Shown in pieces: positions 31,645 through 41,477 of a DNA stretch of 64,000 nucleotides. The DNA is taken from the NCBI GenBank assembly GCA_965205025.1, contig CBDBFU010000012.1, positions 224,001 to 288,000 on the forward strand. The letters run 5' to 3'. The notes beneath the pieces were generated by a model, which saw nothing but the letters and a program-made list of their open reading frames with translations, was not told the DNA's origin and did no database searches. Source of the stretch: Candidatus Poribacteria bacterium. GTDB taxonomy: Bacteria; Poribacteria; WGA-4E; WGA-3G. The stretch's first letter is position 1; each line of letters begins with the position of its first letter. The translations under genes were made by a program, and so were the position numbers.

Positions 31645-31776
31645 TCAGTTTGTGACCTGAAAAATGGCTACCATAATAACCGCCTAATGAGACAATAATT
31701 TATAGTAATAGTATAATAACCATAAGTTCTGTCATATTCAGGAAAAAACTTTAAATATCCTTATGTGCTTTTAACC

Positions 31777-31806
31777 TTGACTTAAACATTCTACATAGGA
31801 TATAAT
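31777..31806 (+). promoter_or_regulatory. Putative sigma70 promoter of the DUF1501 cluster
   Basis: TTGACT-18 nt-TATAAT. Confidence 0.45.
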
Positions 31807-32013
31807 TGACACAACGTATATATTTGTGACTTAGGTATAGAAGGTTTAATCATATTAAGTATTACCACGTAATGTAAAAGGCAACATCGTTAATCTAAGA
31901 AGAGAAAGTTCAACCGTATAAACAATTTACAAGATTAATCTTATATTATCTGATTATCACTGAATGCTACTTATAATAGCGATATAACAGGTAACCCCAC
32001 TTAGGAGGACACA

Positions 32014-33327
32014 ATGCCTAATAGAGACAGTTTAAACACAGACTGTGAAGGATTTTATCGCAGAGATCTAATTAAAGCGGGTGTACTTGGCTTTTTTGGT
32101 TTTGGTCTCACCGACTTCTTTCGGCTGAAAGCATTCGCAGAACCCACTGCAAAACCCGGCACCGCAAAATCAGTTATTCTGGTATGGTTAGGGGGTGGTC
32201 CCAGCCATCTTGATATGTGGGATCTCAAACCCAATGCACCAGAAGAGATTCGTGGACTTTTCAAACCTATCAATACCAATGTCAATGGGATACAGATCAG
32301 CGAACATATGCCGAAACTGGCACAACAAACAGACAAACTATGTATCGTTAGGTCTATGACCTCACCCGAAGCAGCACATGAACGTGGAACGCACTACATG
32401 ATTACTGGATATCAACCTCTACCAGGTTTTGCTGTTCCCGGACACGGAGCTGTTGTTTCCAAACTTAAAGAACAACGTAGTGCTTTACCCCCATATATCG
32501 CTATTCCTTCACCTGTTGCTTATGGTGATGGAGGATTCTTAGGCGCATCACTTGCTCCATTTTCTCCTAACGGCAATCCCGCAAGCAAAAACTTCAAAGT
32601 ACGGGATTTAGAACCACCAAAAGGTGTTTCCTACGAAAGAGTTGAAGGACGGCGTAACCTACGAGATGCAGTTGATACGGCATTCAAGAAATATGAAGCA
32701 GGAAACCCACGCGTTGAAGCAATGGATAATTTCTATACTGCTGCTTACAACCTAATGAGTTCTGAAGATGCACGGGCTGCATTCGACCTTAATAACGAAC
32801 CTAAGCAGATCCGGGACGCATATCTACGAAATACTTTTGGACAAAGTTGCCTACTGGCTCGTAGACTTGTTGAAGCTGGCGTAAACTTTGTCACTGTAAG
32901 CAATGGTGGTTGGGATAACCATAACAATATCTTTTCTTCACTACCCGGCAAACTCAATAACTTTGATACCACAATGGCAACACTCATAAATGATCTCACA
33001 CAACGTGGACTACTTGATAGTACACTGGTGATTGCTATGGGTGAGTTCGGTAGAACTCCTGTAATCAACCGTAACGGTGGAAGGGATCATCATTCTCGAG
33101 TATTCTCAATAATGCTTGCTGGTGGTGGTGTAAAAGGTGGACAAGTTGTTGGGGCTTCCGATCCATTTGGAATGGAACCCGCAGAGACACCTGTACGACC
33201 CGAAGATCTTTCTGCTACTATCTATAAGAGTCTCGGTATCGATTACAATCAAAGTATTGAATCCCCTGATGGTGTCCGCATTGTACTTTCTCGCGGTGGA
33301 CGGCCTATCCGAGGTGTCTTAGCATAA
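32014..33327 (+). CDS. DUF1501 family protein (Tat-exported, planctomycete-type)
   Basis: RRDLIK, AKSVILVWLGGGPSHLDMWDLKP, FGQSCLLARRLVEAGV.FV, GWDNH, GEFGRTP.IN...GRDH. Confidence 0.93.
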   Translation: MPNRDSLNTDCEGFYRRDLIKAGVLGFFGFGLTDFFRLKAFAEPTAKPGTAKSVILVWLGGGPSHLDMWDLKPNAPEEIRGLFKPINTNVNGIQISEHMPKLAQQTDKLCIVRSMTSPEAAHERGTHYMITGYQPLPGFAVPGHGAVVSKLKEQRSALPPYIAIPSPVAYGDGGFLGASLAPFSPNGNPASKNFKVRDLEPPKGVSYERVEGRRNLRDAVDTAFKKYEAGNPRVEAMDNFYTAAYNLMSSEDARAAFDLNNEPKQIRDAYLRNTFGQSCLLARRLVEAGVNFVTVSNGGWDNHNNIFSSLPGKLNNFDTTMATLINDLTQRGLLDSTLVIAMGEFGRTPVINRNGGRDHHSRVFSIMLAGGGVKGGQVVGASDPFGMEPAETPVRPEDLSATIYKSLGIDYNQSIESPDGVRIVLSRGGRPIRGVLA

Positions 33328-33548
33328 GCAGAATGGGTATCACTATTTTGCATTAATGTAGTGCTGGGGTTTACAATTGTTGACACCAGCACTACACACT
33401 GCTAACTGAGGTTGAGGCTTGATAGTTCTCTGGAATTCTGATGATGGTTAGCCTGAATTAGCAGATCATTATATTCCGGCTGTTATACCTTCCTACATAT
33501 TAATCTTTTCCTCCATATCAAACCTTCCTCATTGCATGGATTTATACC

Positions 33549-34592
33549 ATGAAAAACAACTGCTTTTATTTTATCTCTTTCTTTTCATCAATTTTTCTGT
33601 GTGTTCTGTTTGGAAATATAACCCAAGCAGATGAGCATTTGCAGGAACAGAGAGAAAAATTATCCCCAATCTGGTCAGTACAATTTAGTCCTGATGGACG
33701 TACACTGGCTGTTGGTAAATATCAGTGGGTCGAACTCTGGGATATTGAGACACAGAAAATGATACACGCCTATGAACCTCATGCCGGACGGGTCCGGTGT
33801 ATTAAGTTTTCTGAAGATGGAAAAACACTCTTCGCTGGTGGTGGTTCAGCTGCACAGAGTGGAGAAATTAAACTCTGGGATGTTCCAACTGAAGAACTCA
33901 TTAAGACCATTGAGATACATGCAGACACCATTGAATCTATTGCTATCAGTCCAGATAACGCAAAATTGCTGACAGCAAGTATGGATGAGTTTAGCGCAGT
34001 AATTGACCTATCGCTGCATGATGAAAACCTTTCTATTGCTGATCAGGCAAAATGGCTCACTCAGCATGTCGGGAGAGTTTTGAGTACGCTTTACCATCCA
34101 AGCGGAAGTTTCTTCGTCACTGGGAGTGAAGACAAGACTTTAAAAGTATGGGATGCAAAGGATTATTCAGTTCTGGTCAGTTTTGATGGAAACGATGATT
34201 CTGTTTATTCACTCGCCTATGCTGATCGAGAAAACCTGATTGTTTCAGGTTCAGCTGATACCACTGTCAGATCTTGGAGAATCACACAAACAAACAACGG
34301 TGAGACCCGGGGAGACCCAGTTCGACAATTCAACCAACATGAAGGTCCAGTCTATAGTGTTGATTGTGGTATTTCGAATGGAATAGAGATAATCGCATCA
34401 GGAAGTGCTGATACATCTGTCATTATTTGGAACATTCGCAACGGGAACAGACGCCGTACCTTTAACGATGCAACAGATGAAGTCTATACTGTACATATCA
34501 GTCCAGATGGTAATCATGTTGCTTCCGGAAGTCGGGACGGGAAGGTTCGGATTTGGAATATCAGTAATAATTCTTTATCACATGAATTCTAA
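33549..34592 (+). CDS. Secreted WD40 repeat protein
   Basis: Signal peptide; repeated H...V..V.FSPDG..LA.GS.D..V.IW units. Confidence 0.9.
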   Translation: MKNNCFYFISFFSSIFLCVLFGNITQADEHLQEQREKLSPIWSVQFSPDGRTLAVGKYQWVELWDIETQKMIHAYEPHAGRVRCIKFSEDGKTLFAGGGSAAQSGEIKLWDVPTEELIKTIEIHADTIESIAISPDNAKLLTASMDEFSAVIDLSLHDENLSIADQAKWLTQHVGRVLSTLYHPSGSFFVTGSEDKTLKVWDAKDYSVLVSFDGNDDSVYSLAYADRENLIVSGSADTTVRSWRITQTNNGETRGDPVRQFNQHEGPVYSVDCGISNGIEIIASGSADTSVIIWNIRNGNRRRTFNDATDEVYTVHISPDGNHVASGSRDGKVRIWNISNNSLSHEF

Positions 34593-34663
34593 CATAACCC
34601 AAGTTGCTACAAATGCATTTTGATCGTTTCAACACAGTTTTCAGCACACTTTACTTACCCCAG

Positions 34664-34780
34664 ATGAAGTTAAAAAAATAAAATAGGTAATTTGGACCCA
34701 GAGCTGGTAGGTGCGGTTTCCTAACCGTACCGGATTCTACAAGAAACTGAAAATTACCCGAATAAATTCTTTAACTTCAT
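34664..34780. mobile_element. MITE (ATGAAGTTAA...TTAACTTCAT ends) with internal REP
   Basis: atgaagttaaa...ggtaatt and aattacc...tttaacttcat; core ggtaggtgcggtttcctaaccgtacc. Confidence 0.6.
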
Positions 34781-34924
34781 GAGGGGTGATATGTCCATAG
34801 AAAAATGTATATCACCGTCCTGCACTCCAGCGGAGTGCTATGTAAGTAAATATATGGCAACATAGGTTAACATTTTATCAAAGGAACATATTCAGATCTG
34901 ACACATAATTGGAGGTGGAATACC

Positions 34925-37921
34925 ATGCGTGTAAATAAGAAATCTACCATTTTAAATAGACATATACGCAATACGGGTTCAATCAAATTCGTCATACTCT
35001 TTCTATGCCTCATACTGCTGTATTCAATTGGTACACCCTATTGTGTAAATGCCCAAACCACACCACGATTGAATTCGTTATTTCCTGCGGGTGCACAGGT
35101 AGGAAAATCAGTTGAGGTAAAAATTGAAAGTTCAGATTTAGAAGGCGCGCATACACTTATCGTTGAAGGTGAACCCGGGATTAAAGGGGTACTCAACCCA
35201 GGCGGGGGAGAAGTTGATGAAACTCACAAACCTGTATTTGAAGCCAATTGTGGACAGTGCCACGAACTACGTTCACCAAGTAACCGATCAATGACTGCTA
35301 CACAATGGCAAAATGTGGTTAAACGAATGGTTACTGAAAAAGGTGCAGATATTAATGAAGACGATCAGTCAAAGATAATCCACTATCTAAAATCCGCTGC
35401 AAAAGCAACCGGGGGTATGACGGTTGAGTTCGATATCGCACCGGATGCACAAATCGGTGTACGTGAAATACGTATTGTTGGTAGGAACGGAACTTCAACC
35501 GCATGGCCATTTGAAGTCAGTGATGTCGCTGATATAGTTGAAACTGAATCTAACGATAATTCAGAATCCGCTACATCCATAGAATTACCTATTATTATCA
35601 ATGGAGTCATCAATCCGGGTGGGGATGAGGATTACTACGCATTTCAAGGAACAGAAGGGGATCGTTGTGTCTTCAATGTGAAAGCATACCGCTATAATAA
35701 CATTAGTCAACAATACTTCAATCCCACAATATCACTATATGATATCAATGGTAAAGAACTCGCACGTAGCAACGGCTTTTTTAGCCTTGATCCACTCATA
35801 GATTTCACATTACCGGAAGATGGAGTCTATTTTCTACGTATTCGTGACCTACTTTACCGTGGAAATCCTAATTCTGTATACAGATTAACAAGTGGTGTTG
35901 TTCCTTACAATACCTATATATATCCAACAGGGGGTGAAATCGGGACTGTAACACAAACCACAATCGGTGGTGAGAATTTACCTGAAACCAAATGGGATGT
36001 CGATTTACCAAGCGACCATCCACCAGGGATAAAACTTGTCCGGACACCCTTCGGGATCTTTCCATTCATAGCAAATGAATATACAGAAGATATAGAACTA
36101 ATTTCAGAAAACACAAGCAATACTGAAGACACGGATACAGCAGATAGTAATGAAGGACAGGTACGTAACGCTGAATCTGAAATACTATTCCAAACTAAAT
36201 GTACCGTTTGTCATGAACTTCGATCTCCAAACAACAGAGCACTGACTGCCGAACAGTGGGAAAATACTATCATCCGTATGTCAGAGAAAGAAAATGCGGA
36301 TATTACACCTACAGATAGAGATCGTATCATCGCTTTTGTTGCTGAAGAAGTTGAACGAATGGGACAACTCATAGCAAAACAAATTGAAGTATCACAACAT
36401 ATTGAAACACCTGGTGCAATCAGTGGACGTATCTCAATACCTGGAGAGACAGACTACTACAAGTTCACAATTGCTGAAGGTTCACGCCTCGGCCCGTGGT
36501 GGGTTATACACCCGTTTGATAATGAAGACGAAAAAGGATTCGATACTGTGTATCCTCCTGAAGTTGAAATTGACTTCAAAAAGGAGTATACCGGTAAAGA
36601 TGGACGAATTATAAAATGGTATCGGACAAATAGAAGAGGAGAAAACGTCTTTTCTAATGTTCCCGAAGATGATGTCACCGGATACGCACTTACCTATTTT
36701 GAATCTGAAAGAGATCAAAAATATCTGTTATCACTCGGTTCAGATGATACCATAAAGATTTGGGTGAATGACCAACTGATCTTTAGCAAGTATGTTCATA
36801 GACCTCTCAGACGCGCGGACGATGTCATTGAATTACCAATATCTAAAGGAAGAAACAAAATCCTATTCAAAATTACAAATGGGTACGGTCCCTGGGGATT
36901 CTTCGCTGATATCGGGGGCTATTCCATAGAATTATTTGCCGAAAACCTCAATTCCCCTCTAAGTCCTTCACTAACCCTTTTGAATCCAGAGGGACGAGTT
37001 ATTAGGAATAACGCTGGTACAGGTGGCAGAAGAAATGCTGTTATAGACTATAGTTTTGCACAGCCCGGAATATACGGATTACGTGTGGAAGATGTAGCTG
37101 GTAATGGTGGCGCAGGTTATGTATACCATTTAGATATACGACCAACTGTGCCCGACTTTGCTATATCAGTTACACCTGATAATCCTAATATAGGACGGGG
37201 TGGCACAGTGCTCATGGATGTTACATTACAACGTCGCGTAGGATTCACCGAACCCATACTATTATCCGTTGAAAACCTGCCACCCGGTATAAAAGCAAGC
37301 CAGAGTGCTATTCTCTCTGAAGGGGGGAACGAACAAGGATTCCTCACACTTACTGCTGAGCCAGATGCAGATTTAGTACATAGTGTCGTTCAAGTGGTTG
37401 GTACAGTTACCACATCAGCTGGGCAGCAGATTCGACGGGCTGCAACACCTGTTGAAGTATATCGTGTACAAAACTCAAATCAAACAGTCAGACGGAAAAA
37501 TGTGGTCGTCAGTGTGACTGAATCAACTCCATTGATTGTAACTGTGGATCCAAATGAAGTAATTGTGACACCAGACGGACCAGTTGAGATTACTGTCAAG
37601 GTAAACCGAAAAAAAGGTAATCGACAGAATATGAACCTAACTGTTGTCGGTTTGCCTTTTGGTGTTGAACTTCAAAGACAGACAACTGTGCTTCGATCAG
37701 GAAAATCTGAGGCAACAATCACACTCGTTCCAGATATAGTTGCCACTGGAGATAATGAATTAAGACGAAATCCATTCATTGGAAACAACCAGACCAGACC
37801 ACATACATTTGTTGTGAACGCGTCTGTTGGGAACCGTCGAGTCGCAAGCAGTCCTGCTGTTGATCTCTGGATTGGAAACCCACCAACTTCTGATGAGCAG
37901 ACAAATATTGGTGGTAATTAA
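34925..37921 (+). CDS. Secreted PPC-domain (pre-peptidase C-terminal) scaffold protein with two inserted c-type heme modules
   Basis: LFPAGAQVG, ETESND, INGVI...GDEDYYAF, DPLIDFTLPEDGVYFLRIRDLLYRG typical of planctomycete PPC proteins; CGQCH and CTVCH. Confidence 0.8.
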   Translation: MRVNKKSTILNRHIRNTGSIKFVILFLCLILLYSIGTPYCVNAQTTPRLNSLFPAGAQVGKSVEVKIESSDLEGAHTLIVEGEPGIKGVLNPGGGEVDETHKPVFEANCGQCHELRSPSNRSMTATQWQNVVKRMVTEKGADINEDDQSKIIHYLKSAAKATGGMTVEFDIAPDAQIGVREIRIVGRNGTSTAWPFEVSDVADIVETESNDNSESATSIELPIIINGVINPGGDEDYYAFQGTEGDRCVFNVKAYRYNNISQQYFNPTISLYDINGKELARSNGFFSLDPLIDFTLPEDGVYFLRIRDLLYRGNPNSVYRLTSGVVPYNTYIYPTGGEIGTVTQTTIGGENLPETKWDVDLPSDHPPGIKLVRTPFGIFPFIANEYTEDIELISENTSNTEDTDTADSNEGQVRNAESEILFQTKCTVCHELRSPNNRALTAEQWENTIIRMSEKENADITPTDRDRIIAFVAEEVERMGQLIAKQIEVSQHIETPGAISGRISIPGETDYYKFTIAEGSRLGPWWVIHPFDNEDEKGFDTVYPPEVEIDFKKEYTGKDGRIIKWYRTNRRGENVFSNVPEDDVTGYALTYFESERDQKYLLSLGSDDTIKIWVNDQLIFSKYVHRPLRRADDVIELPISKGRNKILFKITNGYGPWGFFADIGGYSIELFAENLNSPLSPSLTLLNPEGRVIRNNAGTGGRRNAVIDYSFAQPGIYGLRVEDVAGNGGAGYVYHLDIRPTVPDFAISVTPDNPNIGRGGTVLMDVTLQRRVGFTEPILLSVENLPPGIKASQSAILSEGGNEQGFLTLTAEPDADLVHSVVQVVGTVTTSAGQQIRRAATPVEVYRVQNSNQTVRRKNVVVSVTESTPLIVTVDPNEVIVTPDGPVEITVKVNRKKGNRQNMNLTVVGLPFGVELQRQTTVLRSGKSEATITLVPDIVATGDNELRRNPFIGNNQTRPHTFVVNASVGNRRVASSPAVDLWIGNPPTSDEQTNIGGN

Positions 37922-37990
37922 GCTCCATATAAATGAAAATTGCTCAAACATTCTAAGTACAAGTCAAAACTCATTATAGTATCAATTTTG

Positions 37991-38049
37991 TAAGACGAGG
38001 TATCAAGAATGCCGCGAGGGCATTCATTATAATTTGATACCTCGTCTTA
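37991..38049. terminator. Long hairpin (REP-like or terminator)
   Basis: taagacgaggtatcaa ... ttgatacctcgtctta, 16-bp perfect arms, followed by a T-rich stretch. Confidence 0.55.
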
Positions 38050-38100
38050 TCTTTTATTTTCTATACTCAAATATAATATTACGACATTACGGAGGTGTAA

Positions 38101-41100
38101 ATGTCAGGATACTATCGATTCCCTACCATTTCAAAGGATACTATTGTTTTTGTGTGTGAAGACGATTTATGGACAGTTTCTGTAACAGGCGGTGTTGCAC
38201 GGAGACTTACATCAAATTTAGGGGCAACTGGATCTCCCCAATTATCACCAAATGGAGAAATCCTTGCTTTTGCTGGACGTGAAGAAGGTCCAACTGAAGT
38301 GTATGTAATGCCTGCTCTTGGCGGTGAAGCAAAGAGATTAACATACCAAGGAAGTCAAGCAAGTATTGTCGGTTGGAGTTCTGATGGGGAGAATATCCTG
38401 TATTCAAGCGGGGCAAATTCTGCCTTTGGTGCTTGGATATGGAGTCTATCTCCGGAAGGTGGAGAACCACAACGACTACCTTACGGACCTGCTAATCATG
38501 TGTCCTATGGGAGTAATGGTGGTGTAATACTGGGTCGATTAACACGTGAACCGGCAAGATGGAAACGTTATCGCGGAGGAACTGCAGGACAACTATGGAT
38601 AGATGTAGATGGAGACGGAGAATTTCAACCATTCAAGCCAGTTGAGAGTAATTTCACAACACCGATGTGGATTGGGGATCGCATATACTTCATTTCCGAT
38701 CACCAAGGTGTTGGAAATATCTATTCATGCGACACCTCCGGTGAAGATTTGCAACGGCATACTCATCAAGAAACATACTACTGTAGATCAGCACAAACTG
38801 ATGGTACAAGAATTGTCTACCATGCAGGTGGGGACCTATGGATACACGAAATAGAAGAAAATAATAATTATCAAGTCGATGTTGATTTTCGAAGTCCACG
38901 CATACAAAGACAACGCAAATTTGTCAATCCTACCAAATATCTTCAAGAATATTCACCATCTGCTGATGGGAAATTAATATCATTAACTGCTCGGGGCAAG
39001 TTATTCACAATGGGAAATTGGGATGGAGCTGTTCTACAACATGGGGATAGGAATGGCACACGCTACCGTAAAACAGAATGGCTAAATGATGGCAAACGCA
39101 TTGTAACTCTTTCAGATGCTGGTGGCGAAGAAGCACTTGAAATTCATACATGCAATGGTAGTGAAGAGATACGCCGCTTAGATAACCTTGATATTGGACA
39201 TGTTCGTCATTTGGCAGTTTGTCCTAAAGGTGATGACCTGAAAGATCAACTCTTAATTGTCAATCATAGGTTAGAACTTCTCCTCATAGAATTGGATGAA
39301 CCAACGCTTCGAGTGCTTGATAAAAGCTTACACAGACGGATTTCAGGTGCAACTTGGTCACCAGATGGTAAATGGATAGCATATAGTTTTCCTGCAACAG
39401 AGACTACCTCATCCATTAAGGTATGCAATGTTGAAACGGGGGATATATCATTCATTACACAACCAGAATTCAGCGATTATGCCCCGGCATGGGATCCAGA
39501 TGGTAAATTCCTTTATTTTTTATCACAGCGCGAATTTGATCCGGTGGGGGATTCACTACACTTTGATCTCGGTTTCCCTGTTTCCACACGTCCCCTCTTG
39601 GTAACACTGCAGAAGGATACACCAAATCCATTTATCCCCACTGCTCCTTCATCCGATGAAGAAAAGGATAAGGAGAAAGAAGAAAACGAGGATAAGGATA
39701 AGGACGAGAATAATAATACAGATGAGACTAATGGAAAAGATGAGGATTCTAAAGAGAAAGAAGAAAAGAAGAAGAGAAAACCCATTGTCATAGATTTAGA
39801 CGGTATTCAACAACGGGTTGTTGCGTTTCCATATACACACGCAAATTATGGGCAAATTGCTGGGATTGAAGGCAAGGCTATTTTTACATCCTTTCCTGTT
39901 CAACATGCGGTTAATTCTCCTGGTGAAGAAGACGGTTCTGGTGGTAAAGGGAAATTGCATGCTTACGATTTTAAAGAACAGAAAAAGGAAGTATTAGTTG
40001 GGGATATCGGTAATTTTCAACTAACAAGAGATTACAAATCCTTGGTATACCGAACAGGAGATCGAATACGGGTCATTAAAGCCGGTAGAAAAGCGGAAGA
40101 TGACCGAAAAGGGGAAAAGAAAGGCAGTAATCCGAGACACAACGGTTGGATCAATATAAGCCGTATCAGACCTTCTGTAATTCCATCTGCTGAGTGGGCA
40201 CAAATGTACAGGGAAGCGTGGAGACTGCAACGCGATTATTTCTGGACTGAAGATTTGTCCGACGTTGATTGGGAAGATGTTTACAAACGCTATCTACCTC
40301 AACTTGAAAAAGTTGCTACTCGGGCAGAATTCTCTGATCTTATGTGGGAAATGCAGGGAGAACTCGGAACATCTCATGCCTATGAATCAGGTGGAGACTA
40401 CCGGAGTTCACCAAACTACGCACAAGGATTTCTTGGGGCGGATTACAGTTACGATTCTGAAAATGAGGGGTATCGTATAACCCATATTGTTCAGGGTGAT
40501 ACATGGAATGAACGTAGAGATTCTCCACTAAGAGCACCAGGAATTAACATCCAAGAAGGTGATGTTCTCCTATCTATCGGTGGACAAAAACTAAGTGAAA
40601 ATGTCTCTCCGGGTGAGTTATTGGTTAATCTTGCTGGACAAGAGGTACAGACAACGTTCAAGAATGCTTCGGATGGTGAAAAACGGGTTGTCACCATGAA
40701 AATCCTCGGTAGTGAATCTGAATTACGATACCGTGAATGGGTGTCACAGAATAGAAAATATGTACACGAAAAAACTGATGGAAAGATCGGGTATGTTCAC
40801 ATTCCAGATATGGGAAGACGTGGTTATGCAGAATTCCATCGAGGATACTTATGTGAAGTCAGTTATCCCGGACTACTCGTGGATGTTCGATATAATGGTG
40901 GTGGAAACGTCTCCCAGCTGATATTGGAGAAATTGTCTCGTCGACGTATTGCGTATGTACAACCACGATGGGGTACACCAAATTCATATCCGGCTTCATC
41001 GGTTTTGGGACCTATGGCAGTTGTCACAAATGAAAATGCTGGTTCTGATGGAGACATCTTCTCACACTGCTTCAAGTTAATGGACTTAGGAAAACTTATC

Positions 41101-41406
41101 GGAAAACGTACATGGGGCGGTGTAATTGGTATATCTCCACATCAAGGCTTCGTTGATGGAGGATCAACAACCCAACCCGAATACTCATTCTGGTTTGTTG
41201 ATGTTGGATGGAACGTAGAAAACTATGGAACCGATCCTGACATAGAAGTAGACTATCGACCACAAGACTATACCACAGACAGCGATCCACAACTCGATTG
41301 TGCAATTGAACTCCTGCTACAGGAAATGGAAGAGAATCCACCACAACTCCCAGATTTCGGTGACCGTCCACGTCTTACACTTCCAACTTTACCCAAAGCA
41401 GAATAG
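38101..41406 (+). CDS. Tricorn protease (peptidase S41)
   Basis: YYRFPTI, WKRYRGGTAG, GELGTSHAY, PDZ region, IGYVHIPDM, DVRYNGGG, AGSDGDIF (catalytic Ser), GKRTWGGVIG, VENYGTDPDIEV. Confidence 0.95.
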   Translation: MSGYYRFPTISKDTIVFVCEDDLWTVSVTGGVARRLTSNLGATGSPQLSPNGEILAFAGREEGPTEVYVMPALGGEAKRLTYQGSQASIVGWSSDGENILYSSGANSAFGAWIWSLSPEGGEPQRLPYGPANHVSYGSNGGVILGRLTREPARWKRYRGGTAGQLWIDVDGDGEFQPFKPVESNFTTPMWIGDRIYFISDHQGVGNIYSCDTSGEDLQRHTHQETYYCRSAQTDGTRIVYHAGGDLWIHEIEENNNYQVDVDFRSPRIQRQRKFVNPTKYLQEYSPSADGKLISLTARGKLFTMGNWDGAVLQHGDRNGTRYRKTEWLNDGKRIVTLSDAGGEEALEIHTCNGSEEIRRLDNLDIGHVRHLAVCPKGDDLKDQLLIVNHRLELLLIELDEPTLRVLDKSLHRRISGATWSPDGKWIAYSFPATETTSSIKVCNVETGDISFITQPEFSDYAPAWDPDGKFLYFLSQREFDPVGDSLHFDLGFPVSTRPLLVTLQKDTPNPFIPTAPSSDEEKDKEKEENEDKDKDENNNTDETNGKDEDSKEKEEKKKRKPIVIDLDGIQQRVVAFPYTHANYGQIAGIEGKAIFTSFPVQHAVNSPGEEDGSGGKGKLHAYDFKEQKKEVLVGDIGNFQLTRDYKSLVYRTGDRIRVIKAGRKAEDDRKGEKKGSNPRHNGWINISRIRPSVIPSAEWAQMYREAWRLQRDYFWTEDLSDVDWEDVYKRYLPQLEKVATRAEFSDLMWEMQGELGTSHAYESGGDYRSSPNYAQGFLGADYSYDSENEGYRITHIVQGDTWNERRDSPLRAPGINIQEGDVLLSIGGQKLSENVSPGELLVNLAGQEVQTTFKNASDGEKRVVTMKILGSESELRYREWVSQNRKYVHEKTDGKIGYVHIPDMGRRGYAEFHRGYLCEVSYPGLLVDVRYNGGGNVSQLILEKLSRRRIAYVQPRWGTPNSYPASSVLGPMAVVTNENAGSDGDIFSHCFKLMDLGKLIGKRTWGGVIGISPHQGFVDGGSTTQPEYSFWFVDVGWNVENYGTDPDIEVDYRPQDYTTDSDPQLDCAIELLLQEMEENPPQLPDFGDRPRLTLPTLPKAE

Positions 41407-41477
41407 TAGTTTCCAGTTAGATCTACTTCGTAAGGTATATAACTCAATTATTATCTCAAGGTTTAACCAGAGAACAG

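Noticed and set aside
39650-39785. Purine-rich low-complexity stretch in the tricorn gene
   Set aside because: Encodes the charged E/K/D linker commonly found at this position in bacterial tricorn homologs.
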